Notes under the pieces: model-generated | The model's input: only the letters and a program-made list of their open reading frames with translations | The model's database searches: none | Told to the model about the DNA's origin: nothing | Position numbers and translations under genes: made by a program | NCBI GenBank assembly: GCA_964462865.1 | Contig: CAYWZO010000001.1 | Span: forward strand, 17,309 to 81,308 | DNA: 64,000 nt | Source: an uncultured Dehalococcoidaceae bacterium | GTDB taxonomy: Bacteria; Chloroflexota; Dehalococcoidia; Dehalococcoidales; RBG-16-60-22 | Direction: 5' to 3' | In this document: positions 19,607 to 29,227 of the stretch, one piece after another | Numbering within the stretch: position 1 is the first letter of the stretch | Layout: every line of letters begins with the position of its first letter

Positions 19607-20953
19607 ATGGCAAATAAAAGAAGCAAAGAGGAAGCTAAGGAATACATACTCAAGATGGCTAAAGAACATGACGTCAAGTTTATCTGGCTCTGGTTTACCG
19701 ATATCCTGGGCATACTGAAGAGCTTCGCCATCACGGTGGAGGAACTGGAAGGGGCGATGGAAGAAGGGATGGGCTTCGACGGCTCCTCAATCGAGGGATT
19801 TGCGCGCATTGACGAGAGCGACATGGTGGCCATGCCCGACCCGGACACCTGGCAGCTGCTGCCCTGGACACCGCCCGAGCACCGTGCCACCGCCCGTATG
19901 TTCTGCAACATCTTGAGGCCCGGCGGCGAACCTTTCGAGGGCGACCCCAGGTATATCCTGAAAAAGAACCTGAAAAGGGCCGCCGACCTAGGTTATACGT
20001 ATTACGTGGGACCGGAGCTGGAATATTTCTATTTCAAAGATGCCCAAGGCACCGAATTCCTGGACCGGGGAGGGTACTTCGACCTGACGACGCGTGATGC
20101 TGCCATCGAGCTAAGGAGGGATACCGTACTACAGCTGGAAAAAATGGGCATAGGCTGCGAATACTCCCACCATGAGGTCGCCGATAGCCAGCATGAAATC
20201 GATATGCGCTACACCGATGCCCTCACCATGGCGGACAACGTGATGACCTACCGCCTGGTGGTCAAAGAGGTTGCCCTGAAAAACGGGGTTTACGCCACTT
20301 TCATGCCCAAGCCGGTCTTCGGCATCAACGGCAGCGGCATGCATGTCCACCAGTCGCTTTTCAGAGGCGAAAAGAACGCCTTTTTCGATGCCAAAGACTC
20401 CTATCATCTCTCCAAGGATGCCCGGGGCTACATCGCCGGCCTGCTCAAACACGCCCCGGAGATAACTGCCGTCTGCAACCAGTGGGTCAATTCCTACAAG
20501 AGGCTGGTGCCGGGTTATGAGGCGCCGGTCTACCTTTCCTGGGCGCGGCGTAACCGCTCCGACCTCGTCCGCGTGCCGGAATACCGGCCGGGCCGCGAGA
20601 AAGCCACCCGTATCGAGTTCCGGAGCCCGGACCCTGCCTGCAATCCCTACCTTTGCTTCAGCGTCATGCTGGCGGCGGGTCTGGAGGGAATCGAAAAGGG
20701 GTATAAAGAGCCGGACCCCATCGAAGAGAACGTCTACGAAATGAGCGATGAAGAGCGGAAGGAACGGGGTATCGGTACGTTGCCCGGCAGCCTGATGGAA
20801 GCCATCCGGCTGACGGAAAACAGCGAGGTAGTTAAAAAAACCCTGGGCGACCACATCTTTTATTCTTTCATCGATAACAAAAAACAGGAATGGGACAATT
20901 ACCGTACCCACGTAACCGAGTACGAGCTCGAACGCTACCTGCCGATTTTATAA
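19607..20953 (+). CDS. glnA: Glutamine synthetase type I
   Basis: 448 aa; FDGSSIEGF, GPELEYFYF, HHEVADSQHEIDMRY, NGSGMHVHQS, NSYKRLVPGYEAP and RIEFRSPDPACNPYL. Confidence 0.93.
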   Translation: MANKRSKEEAKEYILKMAKEHDVKFIWLWFTDILGILKSFAITVEELEGAMEEGMGFDGSSIEGFARIDESDMVAMPDPDTWQLLPWTPPEHRATARMFCNILRPGGEPFEGDPRYILKKNLKRAADLGYTYYVGPELEYFYFKDAQGTEFLDRGGYFDLTTRDAAIELRRDTVLQLEKMGIGCEYSHHEVADSQHEIDMRYTDALTMADNVMTYRLVVKEVALKNGVYATFMPKPVFGINGSGMHVHQSLFRGEKNAFFDAKDSYHLSKDARGYIAGLLKHAPEITAVCNQWVNSYKRLVPGYEAPVYLSWARRNRSDLVRVPEYRPGREKATRIEFRSPDPACNPYLCFSVMLAAGLEGIEKGYKEPDPIEENVYEMSDEERKERGIGTLPGSLMEAIRLTENSEVVKKTLGDHIFYSFIDNKKQEWDNYRTHVTEYELERYLPIL

Positions 20954-20970
20954 GTGGAGGCTGAACCGAA

Positions 20971-22728
20971 TTGACCAAGTGGCGTGATACCCGCCGACTT
21001 CGCGTCGGGATGGCGCAGATCAACGTCACAGTGGGAGATTTTGCCGGCAACCAGCGGAAAATACTGAAAGCGATTGAAGAGGCCAGGGCTGCGGGCGTGG
21101 ACCTCCTCACCTTCCCGGAGCTGGCCGTTTGCGGCTACCCGCCCGAAGACCTCCTCTTCAAGCCGCAGTTCATCGCGGAAAACCTGAATCTGCTGGATAA
21201 AGTAATCGAGGCCTCGCCGGGCATCACGCTGGTCATCGGCTTCGTGGACGCCGACGGCGATATTTATAACGCCGCCGCGATTATCCATGACGGCCGCCTC
21301 ATCGATACCTACCACAAGACCTACCTGCCGAACTATGGCGTCTTCGATGAGAACCGCTATTTCCGGGCCGGCAGCCGCTACCCGGTGTACGTCATCGGCG
21401 GCATAAATGTGGGCGTTAATATCTGCGAGGACATCTGGTACGAGTCAGGGCCTTCTACCGTTCAAACATACTCCGGGGCCGACGTCATCATCACCATCAG
21501 CGCTTCGCCTTACCACTTCGGCAAGACACATACCCGGGAAAGAATGATTGCCACCCGCGCTACCGATAACGTGGCCATCTTCGCCTTCAACAACCTGGTG
21601 GGAGGGCAGGACGAGCTGGTCTTCGACGGCAACAGCCTGATACTGGACGAGAGGGGGCAGCTCATCGCCCGGGGCCGGCAGTTCCAGGAAGACCTGATAA
21701 TCGCCGACCTCGACGTCGAAAACGTTTTCCGCACCCGCCTGCACGACCCCCGCTGGCGCCAGGGACAGCTCAAGCGCGAGGAGGAGGGACTGCCGGAGAC
21801 GGAGACCATCGTTATTACCGAAGCACCATCGGGCGCGGCCAAACCGACTCTGCCGGCCCGAAAGACAGAGGTATCGGACGTCACCGCCGAGATATACCAG
21901 GCCCTGGTGCTGGGCACGCAGGACTATGTCCTGAAAAACGGCTTTAAAAAGGTGCTCATCGGCCTTTCTGGCGGCGTGGACTCCAGCCTGGTAGCCGTGA
22001 TAGCCGTCGACGCGCTGGGGAAGTCGAACGTGGTCGGCGTAGCCATGCCGTCGCGGTACTCCTCGCCCGGCAGCCTGACCGATGCCGAAATCTTGAGTAA
22101 AAACCTGGGCATCAAGCTTTACAACATCCCCATCGAACAGGTATTCCAGGGTTACCTGGATACCCTGGCCGAGGCCTTTAAGGGGATGGAGCCGGGCATC
22201 GCCGAAGAAAACCTCCAGGCGCGCATCCGGGGCAATTTGTTAATGGCGCTTTCCAACAAGTTCGGCTGGCTGGTGCTGACCACCGGCAATAAAAGCGAGT
22301 ATGCCACAGGCTATACCACGCTGTACGGGGACATGGCGGGGGGCTTCGCCGTCATCAAGGACGTGCCCAAGACCATGGTCTACAAGCTGGCGGCGCACCG
22401 TAACGCCCTGGCCGGCAATGACCTGATACCGGATACCGTATTCAAAAAACCGCCTTCCGCCGAACTGCGGCCCGACCAGAAGGACACCGATTCGCTGCCC
22501 ACCTATGAGGTGCTCGACCCCATACTGACCGCCTATGTTGAAGAAGATAAAAGCATCGAGCAGATTGTAGCCACCGGCATCGATGAGAAAATCGTCCGGC
22601 GGGCGGCGCGGCTGGTGGACACCAGCGAATACAAACGGCGGCAGGCGCCGCCCGGTGTGAAGATAACGCCGCGGGCCTTCGGCAGAGATAGAAGGCTGCC
22701 CATCACCAACCGGTTCAAGAGAGATTAA
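20971..22728 (+). CDS. nadE: Glutamine-dependent NAD+ synthetase (nitrilase/CN-hydrolase domain + NadE domain)
   Basis: The N-terminal CN-hydrolase has FPELAVCGYPPEDL and VNICEDIW. The C-terminal part has the P-loop GLSGGVDSS and NKSEYATGYTTLYGDMAGGFAVIKD. The listed start is TTG; an alternative lies a few codons downstream. Confidence 0.9.
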   Translation: MTKWRDTRRLRVGMAQINVTVGDFAGNQRKILKAIEEARAAGVDLLTFPELAVCGYPPEDLLFKPQFIAENLNLLDKVIEASPGITLVIGFVDADGDIYNAAAIIHDGRLIDTYHKTYLPNYGVFDENRYFRAGSRYPVYVIGGINVGVNICEDIWYESGPSTVQTYSGADVIITISASPYHFGKTHTRERMIATRATDNVAIFAFNNLVGGQDELVFDGNSLILDERGQLIARGRQFQEDLIIADLDVENVFRTRLHDPRWRQGQLKREEEGLPETETIVITEAPSGAAKPTLPARKTEVSDVTAEIYQALVLGTQDYVLKNGFKKVLIGLSGGVDSSLVAVIAVDALGKSNVVGVAMPSRYSSPGSLTDAEILSKNLGIKLYNIPIEQVFQGYLDTLAEAFKGMEPGIAEENLQARIRGNLLMALSNKFGWLVLTTGNKSEYATGYTTLYGDMAGGFAVIKDVPKTMVYKLAAHRNALAGNDLIPDTVFKKPPSAELRPDQKDTDSLPTYEVLDPILTAYVEEDKSIEQIVATGIDEKIVRRAARLVDTSEYKRRQAPPGVKITPRAFGRDRRLPITNRFKRD

Positions 22729-22763
22729 GCGGCGGTTATTACCTGCTGGCCGACCCCGTCCGT

Positions 22764-23822
22764 TTAAGCCTGATATTTACCCAGGGCGTCATAGAAGGCC
22801 CGCCAGAACGGGTCGACGATGGGGTGCTCCAGCTTCCTCTCCTGCCCTTCCTCCACCAGCACCATGCCCTTCTCCGGCGCGGTCAGCTCGCCGACCACGG
22901 AAGATTTGATGCCCTTCCCGGCCAGGGCCCGTACCACGGCGTCGGCTTTGGGCGCCTTGCAGGAAATAATCAACGTTCCTTCGCTGATGGAGGCATAAGG
23001 TTCGATATCAAAGAACCGGCACACCTCGGCGATACACTCTTCCATGATAATTTTTTCCTTTTCAACCCGGACGCCCAGTCCGGCGGCCTGCGCCAGCTCG
23101 TAAAGGCCGCCCCACACGCCGCACTCGGTGGCATCGTGCATGGCGGTCACGCCGCTATCGCGGACGCCCACGCTCACGGCGGTGAGGGCATCCTCCACGA
23201 CGGACATCTTGTAAAATATCCCCTGCGCTTTATCGCTGAACTCCGTCCCGAACTCCTTCTCGATAATTTTAGGGAACATGGCCGCAAAGATACCCGTGGC
23301 CTCGATGGCCGGGCCCTTGGTGATGATTATCTTGTCACCAGCCCGGCAGAATTTAGGAGTAACGTATTCATCCAGCCCGCCGATGCCGACGATAGTGGCC
23401 CCGCCGACCATGGGATAGTGGCAGTTCTCGTAGCGGGCGGTATGGCCGGTAATTACCGTTATGCCCAGTTTTTCACACTCCCGGTGCATGACCTCCCAGA
23501 CCGTTTCCAGCTGCTTCTTGGTCATCTCCATCGGCAGGTTGAGGTCGATGGCGAGGAACTTCGGCTTGAGCCCGCTGGTGACGGAATCGGAGGCGATGAT
23601 GTGGATGGCGAACCAGGCCGCCCGCTCCCAGCCGTACTCCGGCACGATGAAGACGGGGTCGCAGGTAAACGAGGCCGCCTGTCCCCCTATTTCCGCGATG
23701 CCGACATCCACGCCGTGCTGCGGCCCCACCAGGACTTTATCGCTCCTGGCGCCCAGGCGGGGGAAGATAAGCTCTTTGAAGATTTCCGGGGAAATTTTAC
23801 CGATTTCCGGCATGTCGTTCAT
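22764..23822 (-). CDS. PurM/ThiL/HypE-superfamily ATP-dependent enzyme ('AIR synthase-related protein'), TPP-riboswitch controlled
   Basis: GPQHGVDVGIAEIGGQAASFTCDP..., ITGHTARY and AMHDATECGVWGGLYELA match the PurM-like N/C domain pattern. An AAGGAG SD lies 8 nt before ATG 23822. Confidence 0.65.
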   Translation of the reverse strand: MNDMPEIGKISPEIFKELIFPRLGARSDKVLVGPQHGVDVGIAEIGGQAASFTCDPVFIVPEYGWERAAWFAIHIIASDSVTSGLKPKFLAIDLNLPMEMTKKQLETVWEVMHRECEKLGITVITGHTARYENCHYPMVGGATIVGIGGLDEYVTPKFCRAGDKIIITKGPAIEATGIFAAMFPKIIEKEFGTEFSDKAQGIFYKMSVVEDALTAVSVGVRDSGVTAMHDATECGVWGGLYELAQAAGLGVRVEKEKIIMEECIAEVCRFFDIEPYASISEGTLIISCKAPKADAVVRALAGKGIKSSVVGELTAPEKGMVLVEEGQERKLEHPIVDPFWRAFYDALGKYQA

Positions 23823-23853
23823 GGGTATGGCTCCTTAAACATGTATTTTAATC

Positions 23854-23988
23854 AATAAAAAACCAGAAGCTGAAAAGGGACGGCTTCCGGTCTTAACTTC
23901 ACTTCCCTACGCTCGCATTACCGAGTTCAGGTTCAAAGGGTGTGTCCCGATAAAATCGGGGCTCTCAGCCTTCCAGCTCCCCTAGTGG
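23854..23988 (-). promoter_or_regulatory. TPP (THI-box) riboswitch with terminator expression platform
   Basis: The minus strand reads CCACUAGGGGAGCUGGAAGGCUGAGAGCCCCGAUUUUAUCGGGACACACCCUUUGAACCUGAACUCGGUAAUGCGAGCGUAGGGAAGUG. It contains the CUGAGA, ACCUGA and GGUAAUGC..GCGUAGGGAA consensus blocks. It is followed by the hairpin ACCGGAAGC...GCUUCUGGU plus UUUUUUAUU (23854-23891). Confidence 0.88.
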
Positions 23989-24154
23989 CAATATTCAGTT
24001 TGACTATATTCTAGCCCATCGGCAGCCCGGGTTTCAAGTTACCCGTACCCGCGGCCGTTTTCAACACCTTTGACCGCCGGCTAGCCTGCGGCTTATAATT
24101 CACCTCGGAGTGAGGTAAGTCTTTGACGCCAAAACATCGCCGGGGGTCCGACAC

Positions 24155-25312
24155 ATGGAACTAAAAAGCCTGAAAGACAAAGTGGCCATCGTGGGGGTGG
24201 GCTATACCCCGCAGGGAAAGATACCCGGCCGGAGCGCGTTGAGTTTCCACCTGGAAGCCGGGAAAAACGCCATCGCGGACGCCGGCCTCAAGATAGCGGA
24301 TGTTGACGGGCTGTTGATACAACCCGCCATGGGCGACCCCACCGTTACCGCCCCGCTGGTGGCCCAGCATCTGGGCCTGCGTCCCCGTTTCCTGGCGGCG
24401 CACGATGTCTGGGGCGCTTCCGCCGGCTGCCAGGTACAGCTAGCCGTCTGGGCGGTGACTCACGGCGCGGCCAACTATGTACTCTGCACCTACGGCGAAG
24501 ACGCCCGCTCCGGCGTCAGCGAATACAACACCAACCTGAACGGCGGAGCCGAGTGGGGCTACTACGGCGCGGCGGCCAGCTACGCCCTGGCCGCCCGCAG
24601 GGCCATGTACGAGTTCGGCACGGGGCCGGAGACCTGGAAAGAGATAGCCGTAGGGCAGCGCCGCTGGGCCAACCTCAACCCGCGGGCGATGATGTACGGC
24701 AAGACCATGTCTTACGAAGACTACTATAACTCGAGTCTTTACGTGGAGCCTTTCAGGCTCTTTGATATCTGCCAGATATCCGATAGCGGGCGGGCTTTCA
24801 TCGTGACGACCTCCGAGCGCGCCAGGGACCTGAAAAAGCGCCCGGTCTACGTGATGGGAATGGGACAGAGCCACCCGGTCAATAATCCCCCCCAGGCTGT
24901 CCATCTGACCGGCAATACCGGCGCCAGGCAATCCAAGGAGGACGCCTTCAGGATGGCCGGCATCACCCTGAAAGATATCGACGCCTGCGAGTTCTATGAC
25001 TGCTTCACCTATACGGTGGAGGTGGAGCTGATGGACTACGGTTTCTTCGGCCGCGGCGAGGGCAAAGACTTCCTGAAGGCCGACAGGATTGGCCCCGGTG
25101 GGGATTTCCCCCTGAACACCTCCGGGGGGCTGCTTTCCGAGGCCTACCAGATGGGTTTTACGCCCCTCACCGAAGCGGTAGTGCAGCTACGGGGCGAGGC
25201 CGGGGAAAGGCAGCTGGGAAAACCGACCGGCACGAAAGAACCGGAGATTATCCTCGTGGGGAATAACGGTGGGGTGATGCAGACCCACAGCACCGTCATC
25301 TTAAGGAGATAG
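24155..25312 (+). CDS. Thiolase-fold protein (SCP-x/archaeal acetoacetyl-CoA thiolase type)
   Basis: 385 aa; VAIVGVGYTPQGK, a GASAGCQ nucleophile region, and a C-terminal NTSGGLLSEAY...NNGGVMQTHS thiolase signature. Confidence 0.75.
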   Translation: MELKSLKDKVAIVGVGYTPQGKIPGRSALSFHLEAGKNAIADAGLKIADVDGLLIQPAMGDPTVTAPLVAQHLGLRPRFLAAHDVWGASAGCQVQLAVWAVTHGAANYVLCTYGEDARSGVSEYNTNLNGGAEWGYYGAAASYALAARRAMYEFGTGPETWKEIAVGQRRWANLNPRAMMYGKTMSYEDYYNSSLYVEPFRLFDICQISDSGRAFIVTTSERARDLKKRPVYVMGMGQSHPVNNPPQAVHLTGNTGARQSKEDAFRMAGITLKDIDACEFYDCFTYTVEVELMDYGFFGRGEGKDFLKADRIGPGGDFPLNTSGGLLSEAYQMGFTPLTEAVVQLRGEAGERQLGKPTGTKEPEIILVGNNGGVMQTHSTVILRR

Positions 25313-25315
25313 CCC

Positions 25316-25741
25316 ATGGCGAATTATAACAAACCTTTGCCGTTGCTCAACGAAGAGACGAGACCATACTGGGACTACTGCCGAAAGCACGAGTTGAGGA
25401 TGCAGAAATGTAGTCAATGCGGTTATATCCGTTTCCCCATCAGTGTTATCTGCCCGAAATGTCATTCTATGGAAGCTGAATGGACGAAATTGAGCGGGAA
25501 AGGAAAGATTTACAGCTTTACCATCTACCGTGTGCCCTACCATCCGGCTTTCAAGGACGATATCCCGTATGTGCTGGCGATTGTCCAGCTGGACGAGGGG
25601 CCCCGGATGGAAAGTAATATCATCGGGTGCAAGGTGGAACAGGTGAGGATGGAGATGCCGGTGGTGGTCGCTTTCGATGATGTCACGCCCGAGGTCTCGC
25701 TACCGAAATTCAGACCGGCCGATGCGGAGGCGGGGAAATGA
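25316..25741 (+). CDS. DUF35 Zn-ribbon/OB-fold protein (thiolase partner)
   Basis: CSQCGYIRFPISVICPKCHS zinc ribbon followed by GKGKIYSFTIY...VLAIVQLDEGPRM OB-fold. It starts 4 nt after the thiolase gene. Confidence 0.75.
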   Translation: MANYNKPLPLLNEETRPYWDYCRKHELRMQKCSQCGYIRFPISVICPKCHSMEAEWTKLSGKGKIYSFTIYRVPYHPAFKDDIPYVLAIVQLDEGPRMESNIIGCKVEQVRMEMPVVVAFDDVTPEVSLPKFRPADAEAGK

Positions 25742-26517
25742 CTTACGCTAGTCTGCTGCTGACCAGGGAGGACGGCATCGGCACCGTCACCATCAACCGT
25801 CCCGAGGTCATGAACGCCCTGAATATCGAAGTATTCGAAGAGCTTTACCGGATGTTCACGGAAATAGAAAACGACCCGGATATCCGTGCGGTCATACTGA
25901 CAGGAGCGGGTAAGGCGTTTGTCGCCGGCGTGGACATCCGGGAAATGAAGGACAACGATTCTAAAAGCATCCGGAAGTTCATCAAAATCGCCCGCCGGGC
26001 CGGTGACGCCGTGTACAATTTGAGCAAGCCCGTGATAGCCGCCGTCAACGGCTACGCCTTCGGCGGGGGCAACGAGCTGGCCCTGGTCTGCGACTTGAGG
26101 ATAGCCTCGGAAAACGCCCGATTCGGCCAGCAGGAAATCAACCTGGGGATTGTCCCGGGGGGCGGGGCTATCCAGCGGCTCACAAGGCTGGTGGGCCTGA
26201 CCAGGGCCAAGGAACTAGTATATTTCGGTGAGGTGATTGACGCCCAAACAGCCCTGGAAATAGGTTTCATCAACAAAGTAGTACCCGCAGATAAATTAAT
26301 GGATGAAGCCCGGGCCTGGGCGCAGAAACTGCTGGGTAAAAGCTCCGTGGCGCTGTCTTACGCCAAGAAAGCTTTTCAGGCCGGGGCCGATATGGACTTG
26401 GCGGCTGGCCTGGACCTGGACGAGAGCTATTTCGCCCGGTGCTTTGACACGGAAGACCAGAAAGAGGGGATGCAGGCCTTCGTGGAGCGGCGGAAACCGA
26501 AATTCAAGAACAGGTAA
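25738..26517 (+). CDS. Enoyl-CoA hydratase/isomerase (crotonase family)
   Basis: TINRPEVMNALN, VILTGAGKAFVAGVDI and AAVNGYAFGGGNELALVCDLRIAS. It overlaps the upstream stop by 4 nt. Confidence 0.88.
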   Translation: MTYASLLLTREDGIGTVTINRPEVMNALNIEVFEELYRMFTEIENDPDIRAVILTGAGKAFVAGVDIREMKDNDSKSIRKFIKIARRAGDAVYNLSKPVIAAVNGYAFGGGNELALVCDLRIASENARFGQQEINLGIVPGGGAIQRLTRLVGLTRAKELVYFGEVIDAQTALEIGFINKVVPADKLMDEARAWAQKLLGKSSVALSYAKKAFQAGADMDLAAGLDLDESYFARCFDTEDQKEGMQAFVERRKPKFKNR

Positions 26518-26527
26518 AAGATAAAGT

Positions 26528-27709
26528 CTATTTTTTGCCTTTTAACAAGGGTGACATGGCCCGCAACCGGGCAACAATGGGGGGCAGTACCTCGATGACC
26601 TGCTCTATCTCCTTATCTGTTGTCCATTTCCCAAGGGTAAAGCGCAGGGAGCCACGCGCCTGCTGGTGAGGCAGTCCCAGGGCCAGCAGCACGTGGGACG
26701 CCTCGAGGCTGCCCGAGGAGCAGGCGGAACCGGTTGAAGCGTAAATTCCGGCGAGGTCGAGATTGAGGAGCATCGACTCTCCTTCGACGTACTTAATACT
26801 CAAGTTGACGTTATTGGGCAGGCGCCGCACCGGATGGCCATTCAGGCGAGTATCTTTGATACGCTCCATGAGTCCGGCGATTAATTTGTCCCTCAATCGG
26901 GTCAGTTGCCGCATTTCCTCCGGCATTTCCTTAAGGGCGAGTTCCGCCGCTTTACCGAAGCCGACGATGCCGGGGACATTCTCGGTGCCGGCCCGCCGGC
27001 TGCTCTCCTGCTCGCCACCGTGGACGAATGAGGCCAGGTTTACGCCTTTTCTTATGTAAAGCGCACCCACGCCCTTAGGACCGTACAGCTTGTGGGCCGA
27101 CATGGAGAGGAAAGCGACGCCCAGATCGTTCACATCTACAGGAATGTGCCCGGCTGTCTGGACGGCGTCGGTGTGTAAAAGGACACCGGCCTCACGGGTG
27201 ATTTTTCCTATTTCCGCCAGGGGCTGTATCGTCCCCACCTCGTTGTTAGCGTGCATTACGGATACCAAAATAGTCTCCGGAGTAAGCGCCTTTTTCACCG
27301 CGTCGGGGTCGACCAGGCCGTAAGCGTCCACCGGCAGATAGGTAACTAGAAAGCCTCTCTTTTCAAGGAATTTACACGTCTCCAGCACGGCGTGGTGTTC
27401 GATGGCGGTGGTGATAATATGATTGCCCCGGCCTTCACTCGCGAACATTACGCCCTTGATGGCGTAGTTATCCGCCTCGGTGCCGCTGCCGGTGAAGACT
27501 ATCTCTTCCGGTCGGCCGCCGATAAGCGCGGCGACGCCCGCCCTGGCCCCCTCGACCGCCGCCCTGGCGGCCTGCCCGCAGGCGTGAATCGCCGAGGGAT
27601 TACCGAAGTTCTCCGTAAAGTATGGCCGCATCGCCTCCAGGACATCAGGGTGCACCGGCGTGGTAGCGGCATAGTCGAGGTAAATTCCTGTCATTAATTC
27701 ACCTGTCAA
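26528..27709 (-). CDS. Cysteine desulfurase (NifS/IscS, class V aminotransferase)
   Basis: YLDYAATTP, the PLP-Lys context [17 protein letters not shown], and the active-site loop [17 protein letters not shown]. Confidence 0.9.
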   Translation of the reverse strand: MTGELMTGIYLDYAATTPVHPDVLEAMRPYFTENFGNPSAIHACGQAARAAVEGARAGVAALIGGRPEEIVFTGSGTEADNYAIKGVMFASEGRGNHIITTAIEHHAVLETCKFLEKRGFLVTYLPVDAYGLVDPDAVKKALTPETILVSVMHANNEVGTIQPLAEIGKITREAGVLLHTDAVQTAGHIPVDVNDLGVAFLSMSAHKLYGPKGVGALYIRKGVNLASFVHGGEQESSRRAGTENVPGIVGFGKAAELALKEMPEEMRQLTRLRDKLIAGLMERIKDTRLNGHPVRRLPNNVNLSIKYVEGESMLLNLDLAGIYASTGSACSSGSLEASHVLLALGLPHQQARGSLRFTLGKWTTDKEIEQVIEVLPPIVARLRAMSPLLKGKK

Positions 27710-27796
27710 ATAATCAATGCCATCCGGGATAGGGCACCCTCTTTTTCGTCACCCTACCCCGGATATTATCTCAATATTACCCCGGCACCTTCAACT

Positions 27797-29011
27797 CTAA
27801 ACCGGCACTTCTTCTATCTTGCGTTCTTCGAGGCTCTTGAAGATGATGCCGGCCTCCACGCCGGGCAGCGGCGCCACCGGCTCCGTCAGGGTAAAGTCCC
27901 CTTTTTGAATCCAGGCTTTCAGGGTCTGGGCAATCTCCACCGCCTTGGGATAGCTGGAGAGCGATGAAGTGGGCACCGGCTTGCCGCGTACCTCAATCCG
28001 GCCGGTCTTAAGCTGGGCGTAGCTGACCTCGCCCAGGATATCCGGCTGACGCTGGGGGTAGGCCCCGGAATAGTCCACGATGGGAGCGAAGATTTCGGCA
28101 TCCATTACCGTTGTGTAGCGGAGTATTTCCTCGGAGAGCACCGGTATGGGCACGCCGATACCCACGGCCATGGTGGCGCCGTAGCCCTGCATGCTGATGC
28201 CGCGGAGCCAGGCCGGCTTCATCTGTTTCAGGTCGCCGATGACGGCCAGGGTGCCGGCGGCCCTCCGGGGCACACCGTTTTCGCCCCGGGGGACACCCGG
28301 ATTGTGCTGCGTCCCCTGCCAGGCCACGTAGCCGACACCGCCGCCCAGAAACAGCCTTGTACCGATGCCGATGGTCTTATAGAAGGGGTCGTTGAGCAGC
28401 GGCGAAAGCTGGCCGGCGCTACAGTAGTTAGCGTTACCCAGGTTAGGCTTTAAAGTCCCCATGTAAGTATATATCGTCTTGGCGGAGAAGTTTACCGCCA
28501 CGTTATAGTTCTGGTAGCAATTCCGGGGATTGAAAAGGACGGCCTCGTTGACGTCCTTGAGGTTGAGGAGGGTCTCCAGTTTCTTCCTCGGATAGCAGTC
28601 CGTACCATAAGCCGTGGCCACCAGCCGGACGTCCTTGCCGGAAACAAGCTCCTCGATGACGTGACCGCCGCCGTACCGGAACTCGCCGGGGTGCACCCGA
28701 TTCCGTGGGTCGTCGTCCGGCAGCGCTGTACAGCCAACAAGGATATCCACGGCGGCCAGACCGGTATATGCGGGCACATCATTGAGATAGACCCGCCCGC
28801 CGCCGAGCTTGATGCGCGGCCGGCTGTGCCCGACGTTGAGATAGGCGGCGGAAGAACACATCGGCCCGAAAGTCCCGGTGGTGACCACGTCCACCTCCCG
28901 GGCCGCCTGCGCAAGGCCTTTCTCTTTGACGACATCGACTATCTCTTCAGCCGTAAAGACCACCGCCAGCCCTTTACGTACGCGCGCGTTGATTTCCGCG
29001 ATTGTCTTCAT
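27797..29011 (-). CDS. COG1900/DUF39 protein (archaeal-type homocysteine biosynthesis, sulfur incorporation)
   Basis: MKTIAEINARVRKGLAVVFTAEEI..., VDVVTTGTFGPMCSS..., CYQNYNVAVN and GVGYVAWQGTQHNP match my recollection of the MA1821/MJ0100 N-domain family. The family assignment is from memory. Confidence 0.6.
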   Translation of the reverse strand: MKTIAEINARVRKGLAVVFTAEEIVDVVKEKGLAQAAREVDVVTTGTFGPMCSSAAYLNVGHSRPRIKLGGGRVYLNDVPAYTGLAAVDILVGCTALPDDDPRNRVHPGEFRYGGGHVIEELVSGKDVRLVATAYGTDCYPRKKLETLLNLKDVNEAVLFNPRNCYQNYNVAVNFSAKTIYTYMGTLKPNLGNANYCSAGQLSPLLNDPFYKTIGIGTRLFLGGGVGYVAWQGTQHNPGVPRGENGVPRRAAGTLAVIGDLKQMKPAWLRGISMQGYGATMAVGIGVPIPVLSEEILRYTTVMDAEIFAPIVDYSGAYPQRQPDILGEVSYAQLKTGRIEVRGKPVPTSSLSSYPKAVEIAQTLKAWIQKGDFTLTEPVAPLPGVEAGIIFKSLEERKIEEVPV

Positions 29012-29227
29012 TTTTATATCATTCCTTTCTGGATTTATCTTCCCGTCCGAAAAGCCCTTGCGGGCGGCGCATGATACATAGTACGGGCATCACCTCCCGT
29101 ACCATAGCCGACCCCGCTCCGGAGGAAATTTCCCAGAAAGCGTTATCGCCCCAGACCCCGGTTAAAATACCTTCTTGAATTACGTGTACTCTCATATTTC
29201 CTGTACCAGACTCCACGCTTACTTTAG

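Noticed and set aside
29012-29227. A 216-nt spacer upstream of the COG1900 gene examined as a possible SAM/SAH or other sulfur-related riboswitch. On the minus strand it has the hairpins gtacggg...cccgtac and gccc-gcaa-gggc plus uuuu.
   Set aside because: I could not match the S-box, SAM-II, SAM/SAH or any other consensus I know. Only generic hairpins are visible, so a covariance-model scan is needed before any claim.
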